From: a candidate division WOR-3 bacterium
Lineage (GTDB): Bacteria; Hydrothermota; Hydrothermia; JBDRYB01
Length of the DNA stretch: 64,000 nucleotides
Reading direction: 5' to 3'
NCBI GenBank assembly: GCA_049969615.1
Contig: JBMFOM010000001.1
Span: forward strand, 32,083-96,082
Shown here in pieces: positions 1 to 9,539 of the stretch. Each line of letters starts with the position of its first letter. Positions within the stretch are counted from its first letter, which is position 1. A program made the position numbers and the translations under genes. Below the pieces are notes generated by a model, which saw nothing but the letters and a program-made list of their open reading frames with translations, was not told where the DNA came from and searched no databases.

Positions 1-33
1 CATCAAGAGGGATAGGAGAGGATACCCTAGGAT

Positions 34-1458
34 GTTTCAATCCCTCATAGGTAGGCTATGAACTATCTTCCCTGGATATTATTCACCGGCAGGAGTAAAG
101 TTTCAATCCCTCATAGGTAGGCTATGAACTCTTATTCGTCTTCACGAATGGATAAGGGCATCTTTGTTTCAATCCCTCATAGGTAGGCTATGAACTTCCC
201 TGCGCGGGCATGGCCCCTTTGGCTATCAACAGTTTCAATCCCTCATAGGTAGGCTATGAACACAGGCGAGTATGACATAAGAGGCACCAACTCCAAGCGT
301 TTCAATCCCTCATAGGTAGGCTATGAACGCATTAAGAGAGGTAAAAGAGGCTTGGTGCCAAATATTGTTTCAATCCCTCATAGGTAGGCTATGAACGCTT
401 AAGCGGGCAAAAGCTTCTGCAAAGGGTTTGGCGTTTCAATCCCTCATAGGTAGGCTATGAACTGATGCGACGGCTATAGACCCCGCCGGTGAAACGGCCG
501 TTTCAATCCCTCATAGGTAGGCTATGAACTCTCTATCCACACCTCTGCCTCCTCAGGCGTGAACCGTTTCAATCCCTCATAGGTAGGCTATGAACCCGTA
601 TAATACAGGGAGAAACAATCGGTGATAGAAGTTTCAATCCCTCATAGGTAGGCTATGAACGGTGTATGGTGCATAGCTCTGTGTGCTATGATGCTGTGTT
701 TCAATCCCTCATAGGTAGGCTATGAACCCTACGGGGGTGGATTAAAATAGGGGCGGATTAAAATGTTTCAATCCCTCATAGGTAGGCTATGAACTCAGCA
801 GCCGCGGCGCGGATATATCTATCCTCGTCTCGTTTCAATCCCTCATAGGTAGGCTATGAACGAATGATGGCATCGTCAAGAGCTGAATGGATATATATGT
901 TTCAATCCCTCATAGGTAGGCTATGAACTTTAGCTTTTTCATGCTATCTCCTTTTTTGTATTACGTTTCAATCCCTCATAGGTAGGCTATGAACTTTTTA
1001 TGTTGTCCATATATGACCTCCTCGTTGTTTGTTTCAATCCCTCATAGGTAGGCTATGAACCAAGAACCCCGAAATCGTTCAGGGCCTCCCAGGTCAGTTT
1101 CAATCCCTCATAGGTAGGCTATGAACTTGAAGTGTGGCCAAACAGGCAAAAAGTCATGGCTACGTTTCAATCCCTCATAGGTAGGCTATGAACGGCGGCG
1201 GCTATAGAAGTCCTTCTAAGGGGTTGATTCGTTTCAATCCCTCATAGGTAGGCTATGAACCTTGCCATCCTTGTCTCGTGTCGTTGCCAAGATCCCGTTT
1301 CAATCCCTCATAGGTAGGCTATGAACAATTAGCATTGAAATTAACGCCATCTCTTTTTCTAAGTTTCAATCCCTCATAGGTAGGCTATGAACCTGGCGCT
1401 TGGAGGTGTAACATACACCGTGAATGACGTTTCAATCCCTCATAGGTAGGCTATGAAC
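34..1458 (-). CRISPR. CRISPR array: 22 direct repeats of 30 bp (GTTTCAATCCCTCATAGGTAGGCTATGAAC on the plus strand) with 21 unique spacers of 35-38 bp
   Basis: A perfect 30-bp repeat recurs every ~66 bp. Its starts are at 34, 100, 166, 232, 299, 367, 434, 500, 566, 631, 698, 765, 832, 899, 965, 1031, 1097, 1164, 1231, 1297, 1363 and 1429. All spacers are unique. On the minus strand the repeat ends ...GGGATTGAAAC, which matches the canonical 8-nt 5' handle ATTGAAAC of type I/III crRNAs. The array is therefore transcribed on the minus strand, co-oriented with the cas operon. Confidence 0.97.
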
Positions 1459-1578
1459 CCAATTTGCATAGCTGCCAAATTATATTGGGTGGCAACGGAT
1501 TGACGCAAGTGCCTGATCCTGCGAACTGCGCGTTTCGCCGCCGGACCCCCGGTGGTGCAAAAAACCCAGGGGATCCGA
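1459..1578 (-). promoter_or_regulatory. CRISPR leader, lying between the cas2 stop and the leader-proximal repeat at 1429
   Basis: A 120-bp non-coding stretch sits between cas2 (ending at 1579) and the array. Read on the minus strand it ends aaatttggcagctatgcaaattgg, which is locally AT-rich. The newest spacers are therefore expected at the 1429 end. Confidence 0.6.
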
Positions 1579-1845
1579 TCAGAATATGAACTCCTCGGAG
1601 GAACCCTTCTCAAGGCCCATGACCTCCCGTTCAAAGTAGTGCTTGGTCCTGAAGGTGTAAATAATGACCGAGTCCTCCTCGGGATTCATCACCTTGTGGA
1701 GGTCGCTTTTCAACCTCGCGAACTGCGCGCCGGTCAGCTCCCCCTCAAACACCGAGCACTGGACCCAGGTCAAGTATCTTCGGCAGGTCTTCAGGAACCT
1801 GTTAACCCGTTCCTCCCCCGCGTCGTAGACCAGTATTATGAACAC
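1579..1845 (-). CDS. cas2: Cas2 endoribonuclease (88 aa)
   Basis: ORF of 88 aa beginning MFIILVYD..., typical of Cas2 in size and N-terminus. It sits immediately between cas1 and the leader. Confidence 0.9.
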   Translation of the reverse strand: MFIILVYDAGEERVNRFLKTCRRYLTWVQCSVFEGELTGAQFARLKSDLHKVMNPEEDSVIIYTFRTKHYFEREVMGLEKGSSEEFIF

Positions 1846-1848
1846 GGC

Positions 1849-2841
1849 TCACTCCTTCCGGACATAGGGAACATAGTCCTCCTCGTCTATGAAGTGCCGG
1901 TAAAGCTTGTAGCATTCCAGCCGGATCATGCGCCTGTATGAGACCTGCCTGCCGAGATTCTTGTGGGCCACGGTCTCAGCGAGCCGCTCCTCGTAGGCCT
2001 TGATGAAAGTCTTACGCGGATTTTCCTTCAGGTAAATTCCTCTTGCTTCCTCGGAAAAGTCTCCAGGCTTTATCTGTTGTCGGTTCAGAAGCGCGAATAT
2101 CACCCTGTCAACCACGAGGGGCTTGAATATCTCCGCAAGGTCAAGGTTCAACGAGAAGCTTCTCTGGTTCGGGGTGTGCAGGTAGCCTATCCTTGGATCG
2201 AGGTGAGTCCTGTATATCTCTGAAAGCGCGGTAGTATACATCAGGGAATTTCCGAGTGAGATGAGGGCATTGAGCTGGTTGCGCGGAGGCCGTCGCGTTC
2301 TGGATTCAAATTCAAAACCCTCCTGGGTAATTATCTCATCAAAGGCCGTGTAGTAGATCTCACGGGCATTGCCCTCCAAGGCCATCAGCTCCTCGGTGTC
2401 CCGCGGTTCATTTATCCGGCCCATTGCCTCGCCGATGGCCTCTCGCTGTTGACTCAGCTCCCTGTCCCTTGTGGCGTATATCCTCAGGTTAAAGAGCATG
2501 TTGCCGATGGCCCCTATCACAAAGGCTTTCGCTAGGTAAAGCCTTTTCTCAGGGTCAAGGTAGTGTTCGGCCTGGCTCAGGGTTATCAATCCAGAGTTCA
2601 GGGTTTCTCTAGGGTAGTAGGTGCCGACATAATAGCCGTAGTGGTTGAAGAAGTGGATGAGGATGCCCTTTTGGGAAATGAACTCCAGGAAACGTTTGTT
2701 CAGGTCAACCTCCCCGAAGACCTTTATCTCCTCAACGGTCTCCACGGGAACAACTTGCTTGCCTTCATCGCTCTCAAGCACGATGGTGTTGTCGCCCCTT
2801 CTTAGGGTGCAGTTTGACGAGATGTATATGGTCCTGAGCAT
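1849..2841 (-). CDS. cas1: Cas1 integrase (type I-B)
   Basis: ORF 1849..2883. The longest form would overlap cas4 by 40 nt. The internal start MLRTIYISS... at 2841 gives a Cas1-like N-terminus and abuts the cas4 stop. It lies in a conserved adaptation module with cas2 and cas4. Confidence 0.85.
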   Translation of the reverse strand: MLRTIYISSNCTLRRGDNTIVLESDEGKQVVPVETVEEIKVFGEVDLNKRFLEFISQKGILIHFFNHYGYYVGTYYPRETLNSGLITLSQAEHYLDPEKRLYLAKAFVIGAIGNMLFNLRIYATRDRELSQQREAIGEAMGRINEPRDTEELMALEGNAREIYYTAFDEIITQEGFEFESRTRRPPRNQLNALISLGNSLMYTTALSEIYRTHLDPRIGYLHTPNQRSFSLNLDLAEIFKPLVVDRVIFALLNRQQIKPGDFSEEARGIYLKENPRKTFIKAYEERLAETVAHKNLGRQVSYRRMIRLECYKLYRHFIDEEDYVPYVRKE

Positions 2842-2843
2842 TA

Positions 2844-3335
2844 TTACCCCCAGCACATTTCTCTGTATCCACAGGGTTTGCAATATCTAACCATTTTGGG
2901 CCGCGGAGGCTTTGGCCTTGCGACTAGCTCCTCTATCTCAGCGAGTATGTGTTCTACTTTGGCCTCCAACTCGGGCGTAAGCTCAAGGGATTCGCGCCTC
3001 CTTTCCTTGGGGAAAAGGAGAATCCCTTTTGTCTCAAACCCTTTCTCGTGCTTTAAGTAATACAGGTAATAGGCTAATTGCATTTGCGCGGCCTCTTTGT
3101 GCCTTGATGATCGCTTGACCTCCGCGATAACACCCTCGCCCTCAACCAGGTCAATCACCAGCAGGTTGTCAACAGGGATTTCCTTGCGCTGACGGGCATA
3201 AGACTCCTGGTGAACCAGGCGGCCGGTGGCCAGGTGATAGTGCTCCTTGTTGTCGGGGAAGATATGGTGATGCATCAACCACGCTTCCCTAGGACAGACC
3301 AAGTAGGAATAGAAGGTAGTGGCGTTGACGGACAT
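2844..3335 (-). CDS. cas4: Cas4 RecB-like nuclease with an Fe-S cysteine cluster
   Basis: ORF of 163 aa. It has an N-terminal Cys in YLVCPREAWL and a C-terminal CKPCGYREMC motif, as in the Cas4/DUF83 family. It lies between cas3 and cas1. Confidence 0.85.
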   Translation of the reverse strand: MSVNATTFYSYLVCPREAWLMHHHIFPDNKEHYHLATGRLVHQESYARQRKEIPVDNLLVIDLVEGEGVIAEVKRSSRHKEAAQMQLAYYLYYLKHEKGFETKGILLFPKERRRESLELTPELEAKVEHILAEIEELVARPKPPRPKMVRYCKPCGYREMCWG

Positions 3336-5497
3336 CAGAAGATGGCCGATTCGTCAGAGGGTTCACTTGGTTTTATTGCTCCAAGATTATCTTCGTAATC
3401 AATGTCCGCAATCGTGGACCACGGCGTTGGCCCTGGCGTTCCACGGTCTTTCACCCACCACCAGGGCACAGAAACCATTATTTCGGAAAGTTTCCAGGAT
3501 TGTTTTTGCTCAACGAGGGTGCAGGCCTCGGCTTCAAATTTCCTCGGGATAACTTCAACCGTGAGCATTCCCTTCCGGGTCAATCTCTGCTCGGTCTTTT
3601 CCTCAAGGAGCAGGCTGTATAGGCCCAACTCTTCTCGTAGTTGTTTAGCCTTCATCTGTCCCTCTTTCATCTCCGTCCGAAACTTTTCAGTTTTAAAAAG
3701 ATACTCGTAAAGTTCTTCAACCCCTCTCCTTATCTCTCCATCCGACGGCTCGCTAGCCATTGAGGTTAAAATTTCCCTCGTCAGCGCCAGAATACCCAAG
3801 GCCTTCTCCTCGTAAACCAACTTGGAGTTATCCGATTCAGGCATTATTTCTACGGGCACACATCCAAGTTCGCCATAGCGATTAGCCCTTCCCATTCGCT
3901 GAACCAGTGCATCCAGAGGAGCAATCTGTGTAAACAAGACGTCATAGGATATATCCAGACTCACCTCCACCACCTGAGTGGATACAAGAAGAAAACCCCC
4001 TGGTGGACTCTTGGCCAGTTCTTCAAGTTTTGTTCTATGCCTGTTAATGAAACGACTATGTAGTAGAATAGCCTTCTCACCAAGTCGTTCCCTCGCTTGT
4101 TTGAAGAAATTTTGTGCATCCTCAACGCTATTTAGAACCACTAGAACATTTTTGCCTCTGTTCACCATGTCAACGATCTCAGGGAGAACTTCCTCCAAGG
4201 CCCTTTCGGAAATACGGATTTTATGCCTTCTTTTGTTCCAGAACTCGCCCTCTGCCTCAACTACTTGTCCCTCCTGTCCAAGTGATTCTCTTATAGTCTC
4301 TAAAAGTGGCGAGGGGAAAGTGGCACTCGCAAAAGCCAGTTTACCGTTCTTTAAGTTCTCAAGAGCACTCAGTAGTATTCCAAGCGTATATGGCTCATAG
4401 GCGTGTATTTCGTCAAAGACCAGCGCCCCATGTTGGGCTAATGTTTCTTTTATTTCCCAGTACCTGCCGTTCAGATGTGCAAGAAGGAGCTGGTCAAGGG
4501 TCGCCACATTGACTGGTTTGGCAAATGACGAAGCGAGAAGACGCTCATCCCATGCTTCCTCTTCAAGTTCCACCTGGGAGCGCAGGTAGAACGAAGCCTT
4601 GCCGTGGGAGAGGCCAGTCTGATTACAGAAAATGTTTTTGAGCCTTTCAAACATTGCGTTACTGGTTGCCTGGGTTGGAAGCAAGTAAATAATTCGCCCA
4701 GCATTGGCGGCCCACCCGACAAGTGCTTCGGTTTTGCCGGATCCAGTTGGCGCCCGGAGAAATAATGGGTTTCCGGCTTCCCAGCATTTTTCCTGGAAAC
4801 CGTGGAGTCTAATTTTTTTTCTTTCCTTAATATGTTCTTCAACCCTATTTCTGCCCTCAGCCAAGAAATATTCCTGGGGATCTTTCCTGCCTGAGGCGGC
4901 CCAATCCGCAAGCTGGAGCACAGTTTTTATCTGGGCGAAATCTGACCTCTTGATGTTGCGATGCTCTTCCCCGGCCCTGGCCCAAAAATCGTATGGCGGG
5001 ATTTTTTGTAATTCTTCAATAACCCTGCTCAAGAAATCTTCGTCCAGTTCTAGATTCATCTGGTCTATCAGGGCTCCTAGAAACTTCAGGAACGCTTCAT
5101 GGAAAGGCGGTTTAACCACTCTGTAATCGTTATAGAGTGTAGAGTGAATCGGGGTATGGTGGCTCAGGACTGCAAGTGAGGCCTCCGGTGGATCCTTGAA
5201 TATCTTCTTTTCAAGCAGGTAAACAAGCGGAAACGATGCCAGAGCATGTGGAAATGATCTCTCCTTTTTCCCCCTGATGTATTCCTGGAAGCTCTTTGTC
5301 GCCTTGCCAATATCATGGAACGCGCAAGCAAATAAAGCTTTTTGAAGGGCTTTATCCTCCAGATTGAGAGACCTGGCTATGATATACCCGGCTTCTGCCG
5401 TCTGACGGCTATGATCCAAAAGACCGACATCCGGCTTGGCCAGGAGTTCATCAGGGCCAGAAACAAAAGGCTCTTCCATCGCACTGGAAAGCATCAA
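3335..5497 (-). CDS. cas3: Cas3 with an N-terminal HD nuclease domain fused to a superfamily-2 helicase
   Basis: ORF of 720 aa. It carries an HD motif (FACAFHDIGK) near the N-terminus, a Walker A box (APTGSGKTEA) and a DEAH-like box (VFDEIHAY). This is the signature Cas3 architecture. Confidence 0.9.
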   Translation of the reverse strand: MMLSSAMEEPFVSGPDELLAKPDVGLLDHSRQTAEAGYIIARSLNLEDKALQKALFACAFHDIGKATKSFQEYIRGKKERSFPHALASFPLVYLLEKKIFKDPPEASLAVLSHHTPIHSTLYNDYRVVKPPFHEAFLKFLGALIDQMNLELDEDFLSRVIEELQKIPPYDFWARAGEEHRNIKRSDFAQIKTVLQLADWAASGRKDPQEYFLAEGRNRVEEHIKERKKIRLHGFQEKCWEAGNPLFLRAPTGSGKTEALVGWAANAGRIIYLLPTQATSNAMFERLKNIFCNQTGLSHGKASFYLRSQVELEEEAWDERLLASSFAKPVNVATLDQLLLAHLNGRYWEIKETLAQHGALVFDEIHAYEPYTLGILLSALENLKNGKLAFASATFPSPLLETIRESLGQEGQVVEAEGEFWNKRRHKIRISERALEEVLPEIVDMVNRGKNVLVVLNSVEDAQNFFKQARERLGEKAILLHSRFINRHRTKLEELAKSPPGGFLLVSTQVVEVSLDISYDVLFTQIAPLDALVQRMGRANRYGELGCVPVEIMPESDNSKLVYEEKALGILALTREILTSMASEPSDGEIRRGVEELYEYLFKTEKFRTEMKEGQMKAKQLREELGLYSLLLEEKTEQRLTRKGMLTVEVIPRKFEAEACTLVEQKQSWKLSEIMVSVPWWWVKDRGTPGPTPWSTIADIDYEDNLGAIKPSEPSDESAIF

Positions 5498-6170
5498 GGC
5501 CCTCCACTCGCAATTTTAAGCCTGGCGGAATAAAGGTAAAGACAATAACCTTCCCGGGCTCCGGCTTCCTTATACCCCTTTGGACCTGGAATGACACCGG
5601 CAGTTTAACGCTCTGAGGCGCTGGGAATGAACCTTCTTGGTCAAGGATAAGATGAACCCTGTCATTAGGGATGGTATGTAGATCAACAGGAACAAAGGTT
5701 CCGGTGAACTCAGGGGATGTCTCTAAGGCCTCAGTAATCCTCACCGATGTCAACTCTACAAGTTCATCTTCGCGACCAAGAGAAAGGGCATAAACAGGGT
5801 CCTCAAAAGCCTTTTGTAGGGTGTTAAGCAGATCAGTATTCGCCGCCGCGTAGTAGATTGTATATCTTGCGAAGAACAGGAGTTCCCGGGTGTAAATAGA
5901 GCGTTCAGTTATCTTTTTCACCTTTACCTTCATTATCTTCCATAGGTCTTTGGCCGTTCCAACCTCACCATCTGAAAGAGCTACTGCCTTTATCAACCGT
6001 ATCACGCTGTTGGACTCCCACATTTCGTCTGGTGAAAGTCCCAAAGCGGCGCCAGCCAGGCCCAAAAGCGTGGTTGGCGGGGGCAGATTGAAAGTTTTCT
6101 GATAGTTATGATCCATAGGGCGCCTGAAGGAAAAAACCGGCCCCCGTGCCCTTATCTCAAGAACCTGCAT
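5451..6170 (-). CDS. cas5: Cas5 (type I-B)
   Basis: ORF 5451..6203. The internal start MQVLEIRARGPVFSFRRP matches the Cas5 N-terminal consensus. A glycine-rich PPTTLLGLAGAALG segment is typical of Cas5. Confidence 0.8.
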   Translation of the reverse strand: MQVLEIRARGPVFSFRRPMDHNYQKTFNLPPPTTLLGLAGAALGLSPDEMWESNSVIRLIKAVALSDGEVGTAKDLWKIMKVKVKKITERSIYTRELLFFARYTIYYAAANTDLLNTLQKAFEDPVYALSLGREDELVELTSVRITEALETSPEFTGTFVPVDLHTIPNDRVHLILDQEGSFPAPQSVKLPVSFQVQRGIRKPEPGKVIVFTFIPPGLKLRVEGLDAFQCDGRAFCFWP

Positions 6171-7065
6171 AAACCTTACCAGTGTCTTCCTTGGCCTTGT
6201 CAATGGCTGCGGCTATACTCATAACCTTGTCACCGAAGGCTTCCTTTATATCCTTTTCGTTATTGAAGAAGCCGGTCTCCATGCCAAAGAATGAAACCTC
6301 TATGTAATCCTTCATTCTTTCCAGGGATTCCTGTAAGAGGGGCAGGTTAAGGTTAAATTCCTCATCAACGAGAAGACTTTCCAGGAAAACCGGATGCTTG
6401 GCCTTCATCCGAGCGTATGCTAAAAACTTAGGTGAGAGATCCACAATCATCCTCGCGGTTCTTCCGCCACCCCAGAGGATACGGAGGGCCTCAAGGAGAG
6501 CTGTAACCCTTTTGCTTTTTTCTGGTGCAGTTAGTTCCTTAATTTCCTTTTCGCCAGTTTCAAGTGTTCCGAATACTCCAACCCTGTCAAGCTCAACCAT
6601 GATTACCCCGCGGAAGATGTTGTTGTAAACCTCGGTCTCAAACATATTTCCACCCTCGGAAACGGCCTGGCCAAACTTCTCAAAGGAACGGGTCCCGAGG
6701 TCTCTGTCTCCCCTGAATGGGAAGCAACCTGTCGCGAAGGAGACGCGAACTGGAGAGGTGCGTCTTTTACCGCCGGAGGCATCCATGTATCCAAAGAGGT
6801 CTTCGTCAATGAATTCCCAGGGCCTACAGGGTGGCGTGACTTCCTGTCCTTTAACTTCGGAGTGCGGTTCAGAAAGAGCCCACCCCAGCTCTTCTATGCG
6901 GTCACGGAGGGCACGGCGCAAGGCTTGGCCCGATATGTAGGGCAATGTGTTTCCGTCAGGCAAAGTCACCTTCTTGGCAACGATCACATTCCCTTCGCTA
7001 TGGGAAGCGTTCACATTCCCAGCAGAAACCTTGAACAGGTATCCTATGGATATAGCTTTATTCAT
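6157..7065 (-). CDS. cas7: Cas7 backbone subunit (Csh2-like)
   Basis: ORF of 302 aa starting MNKAISIGYLFKVSAGNVNASHSEGNVIVAKK..., which matches the Cas7/DevR/Csa2 N-terminus. It lies between cas8b and cas5. Confidence 0.85.
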   Translation of the reverse strand: MNKAISIGYLFKVSAGNVNASHSEGNVIVAKKVTLPDGNTLPYISGQALRRALRDRIEELGWALSEPHSEVKGQEVTPPCRPWEFIDEDLFGYMDASGGKRRTSPVRVSFATGCFPFRGDRDLGTRSFEKFGQAVSEGGNMFETEVYNNIFRGVIMVELDRVGVFGTLETGEKEIKELTAPEKSKRVTALLEALRILWGGGRTARMIVDLSPKFLAYARMKAKHPVFLESLLVDEEFNLNLPLLQESLERMKDYIEVSFFGMETGFFNNEKDIKEAFGDKVMSIAAAIDKAKEDTGKVYAGS

Positions 7066-8553
7066 TTACTTTTCCTCCTTTTTCTCAGAGCCCTTCCAAA
7101 GGAAGGAGTTCATGGCGTATATGCTCAGCAGGGTCTTTATCCTCTGCCAGGGTTGACCGGCTATCTTCTCGCCTTTCTCTATCCTTATAATGTCTTCAGG
7201 CGTTGTCATTTCAAGCCTGAACTGGATGTCGTTGAGGGTCTTCAGGTAGTCATCTACATTTTTCGCGTTGCGCAAAGAGTAAAGCAGGCCCATCTCGTTT
7301 TCTTCCCTGCATTTACTGCCTAGCGAGTGGCCGAACCAAGCCAAGAGCTTTATGGTGTCTTCATCCATCTTAAGAACCTCCTGATGATATATGCTCAGAA
7401 ACTGCGAAAGATCTTTGATGGGATAAGGGTTATCCTCTTTGATTCTTGCCATGTAAAGAAAATCCTCAATAGGCTGAGCTATTTCAGAAAAATCAGTAAT
7501 ACCCCTGGCAACCTGCTCGCGCCAGATACTGTTCCAAGACTTGCCTTCCTTGGTCATAAATTGTTTTATTATCTGTGAAGGGTCTACTTCCCCTTTTCTC
7601 CATGATCTGTAAAGCCTGTAAAGGGGCTCTAACTTAGAAAACTCAGTGAAGCCAGTCATGTTGAAACCTTTTTTGGTCTGGCCAGAAATCCCCATAAGGA
7701 TTAAATTTGCCCGCACACTCTTTTCCTGTCCAAGAAGTAGAGAGAATACTTCCTCTACTTGTTTGCTGGTTTCTTGTTCATAAAGCTTTGAGAACACATA
7801 GAATAGAAAACCCAGCATGGTCTCGTGTAAACCTTCGCCGAAAAAGTCAGTAGAAAAGTTAGTCGCTTTACTTTTCGACTCCTCTGAAGCAATTATGGGC
7901 CTGATGGTATCCAAGAACCGAGAAAGGAAACCCAAATCATCCGAGTGGAAGATGAACATATGGAGATTGTCGCCTTGCCTTCTATAGAGAGTGCCTAGAA
8001 AGGCGGCCACTCCGGCCAAAGCACACATTGGACAAGACTGGTAGGCTCCTTTGAGGGAGGGGTAGAAATTTGAGAACTTGCCCGGCTCCACCAAGAAAGG
8101 ATAAAGATACTGCTTTAGGTCAACAAGAACGGTATTATCCCCACAAAAAATGCAGGGTCCCCTTTCTTTGGTTAACTTGATCTCTATTCGGTAAAACGGC
8201 TGATGTTCCCATTGTAGAACCGTTTTTTTCTTACCGTCCACTACATAAGTGTATTCCTGGGTTTTACCGGCACCAGCCTTAGTCCGTGGCGTGATCTTAA
8301 TAAAAACATTCGCGGGATCAACCCAGTTCATCTTCTCATAAGACTCTAACTTCCCGGTCTGAGAGTTGTAAAACTCGCCCTTGTTGCCCGTGGGTTTTAC
8401 CAAACATTTATTTACAAGCTTGTCTACAGTCTCTTGAAATTCTATCTCTTGCCCATCCTCAAGGTCAAGCAAGCACTTTAAGCGCTTTACTTGAACCTTC
8501 CCGTTATCTATCCAAAAATTCCCAGTGGGTTCAAGGCTGATTTTAATTCTCAT
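7066..8553 (-). CDS. cas8b: Cas8b (Csh1-like) large subunit
   Basis: ORF of 495 aa with zinc-finger-like CIFCG...CPMC motifs. Its position between cas6 and cas7 is where type I-B loci place cas8b. Confidence 0.65.
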   Translation of the reverse strand: MRIKISLEPTGNFWIDNGKVQVKRLKCLLDLEDGQEIEFQETVDKLVNKCLVKPTGNKGEFYNSQTGKLESYEKMNWVDPANVFIKITPRTKAGAGKTQEYTYVVDGKKKTVLQWEHQPFYRIEIKLTKERGPCIFCGDNTVLVDLKQYLYPFLVEPGKFSNFYPSLKGAYQSCPMCALAGVAAFLGTLYRRQGDNLHMFIFHSDDLGFLSRFLDTIRPIIASEESKSKATNFSTDFFGEGLHETMLGFLFYVFSKLYEQETSKQVEEVFSLLLGQEKSVRANLILMGISGQTKKGFNMTGFTEFSKLEPLYRLYRSWRKGEVDPSQIIKQFMTKEGKSWNSIWREQVARGITDFSEIAQPIEDFLYMARIKEDNPYPIKDLSQFLSIYHQEVLKMDEDTIKLLAWFGHSLGSKCREENEMGLLYSLRNAKNVDDYLKTLNDIQFRLEMTTPEDIIRIEKGEKIAGQPWQRIKTLLSIYAMNSFLWKGSEKKEEK

Positions 8554-8607
8554 CCTAACAACCTCCTCTTTTCACCCCCAAAGTATAATCCCCCCAGTCA
8601 AGGCCTT

Positions 8608-9480
8608 TCAACCCCATCTCACCACCTCCACCATCCCGAACCCCTGGGAGTTCTTTGAACCCAGGCCCGTGTCCAGGGCAATCTTCAGGAGCTCTGGCGG
8701 GCCAGAGAGCTCGTATAACCCGTTCCAGGCCTTGATGACCGTCCCCTTGAACTTGAGAACTTTTTCGTCCCTGGCGCCAACCCTCAGGGGTTTCACGAGC
8801 AGGCACCAATTCTCCTCTGGCTTCTGGCCATAAGCGGCTTCGTATTTCTTAAGGAGGTTCTCGGAGATAAGCCTTGGGAATTCCTTTTCAAGGGGTGAAT
8901 AGTAGTAGGTCTTTTTACGGCCTTCGGCGTCGTAAAGGGTACTGTATGTGGTGATGGGCGAGATGGCCCTGACCACCATCCACTCGGCCTTTGGTAAAAA
9001 CAGCACCTCAACGCCATCCACCACGCAGGGGTTGTGCCCAACTAACAGCGATTTCTCGCGAACCAGGTTCAGAACCAGGGACTCCAGGAAATCCGTGTGG
9101 ACCGAGGCTACTGACCATTTGATTTGATCTGTAAAGTGTATTTGTTCCCCCTCAATCTGGAAGCGCCCCTGGAGTCTTGAGAAGGTGAAGAGCTTAAAAT
9201 GTCGCTTTTCTCTCGGAAAACCCTTCTCGTGAAGGTTATCGGCAATGGCTTTTTCGAGGTGACGGTAGACGATTCCCTGAAGAATATGGTTGTATTGGAT
9301 TGGAAGGGTTATCCTCTCCTTCTCTGGGGAGAAGGTTATCTTAACCTGCACGTGCACATGATAGGCTAAACAAATATCCCAGCGCAAGTAAAAAGCTAGG
9401 TTTCTAAGAGGGTGCCCCCGAAAAATCCCGCGCCGAGAGCATTCCCTAATGGTTCCCTTTAGATCTTGTCCGGTCTCCAC
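8608..9480 (-). CDS. cas6: Cas6 crRNA-processing endoribonuclease
   Basis: ORF of 290 aa with the C-terminal glycine-rich loop GLGSKNSQGFGMVEV that is typical of Cas6. The real start is probably an internal GTG near 9351-9357 (VQVKITF...), which would give a canonical Cas6 N-terminus. It is the first gene of the cas operon. Confidence 0.8.
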   Translation of the reverse strand: METGQDLKGTIRECSRRGIFRGHPLRNLAFYLRWDICLAYHVHVQVKITFSPEKERITLPIQYNHILQGIVYRHLEKAIADNLHEKGFPREKRHFKLFTFSRLQGRFQIEGEQIHFTDQIKWSVASVHTDFLESLVLNLVREKSLLVGHNPCVVDGVEVLFLPKAEWMVVRAISPITTYSTLYDAEGRKKTYYYSPLEKEFPRLISENLLKKYEAAYGQKPEENWCLLVKPLRVGARDEKVLKFKGTVIKAWNGLYELSGPPELLKIALDTGLGSKNSQGFGMVEVVRWG

Positions 9481-9492
9481 AAATACAAAAAT

Positions 9493-9521
9493 TTGATCCT
9501 GCGCGGGAAATGGGTTATAAT
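9493..9521 (+). promoter_or_regulatory. Sigma-70-type promoter TTGATC-N17-TATAAT, a member of the conserved GATCCTGCGC...GGGTTATAAT module
   Basis: The sequence ttgatcctgcgcgggaaatgggttataat lies upstream of the carboxypeptidase gene. The same extended motif recurs throughout the window. Confidence 0.6.
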
Positions 9522-9539
9522 TTATCCTGGAGGCATGCG

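Noticed and set aside
1500-1535. Sequence gcctgatcctgcgaactgcgcg in the CRISPR leader, resembling the conserved GATCCTGCGC promoter box
   Set aside because: It is on the plus strand, whereas the array and cas operon are transcribed on the minus strand. No TATAAT follows at the appropriate spacing.
1552-1941. Plus-strand 129-aa ORF across the cas2/cas1 region, and the many other 60-200-aa ORFs antisense to or overlapping annotated genes (e.g. 9663..10118, 10218..10937, 14130..14842, 16664..17263, 33250..33672, 35233..35772, 58988..59626)
   Set aside because: They overlap well-supported genes on the opposite strand or in another frame, which is expected at this GC content. They lack promoter or RBS signals and have low-complexity, Arg/Pro/Ser-rich compositions.
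9510-9539. ORF-track N-termini beginning MGYN... (9510, 13807, 57148 on the plus strand; 53972 on the minus strand)
   Set aside because: The ATG is the one embedded in the conserved -10 element GGGTTATAAT (atg ggt tat aat). The real starts are the next in-frame ATG 6-30 nt downstream, so these N-terminal extensions are artefacts of longest-ORF calling.
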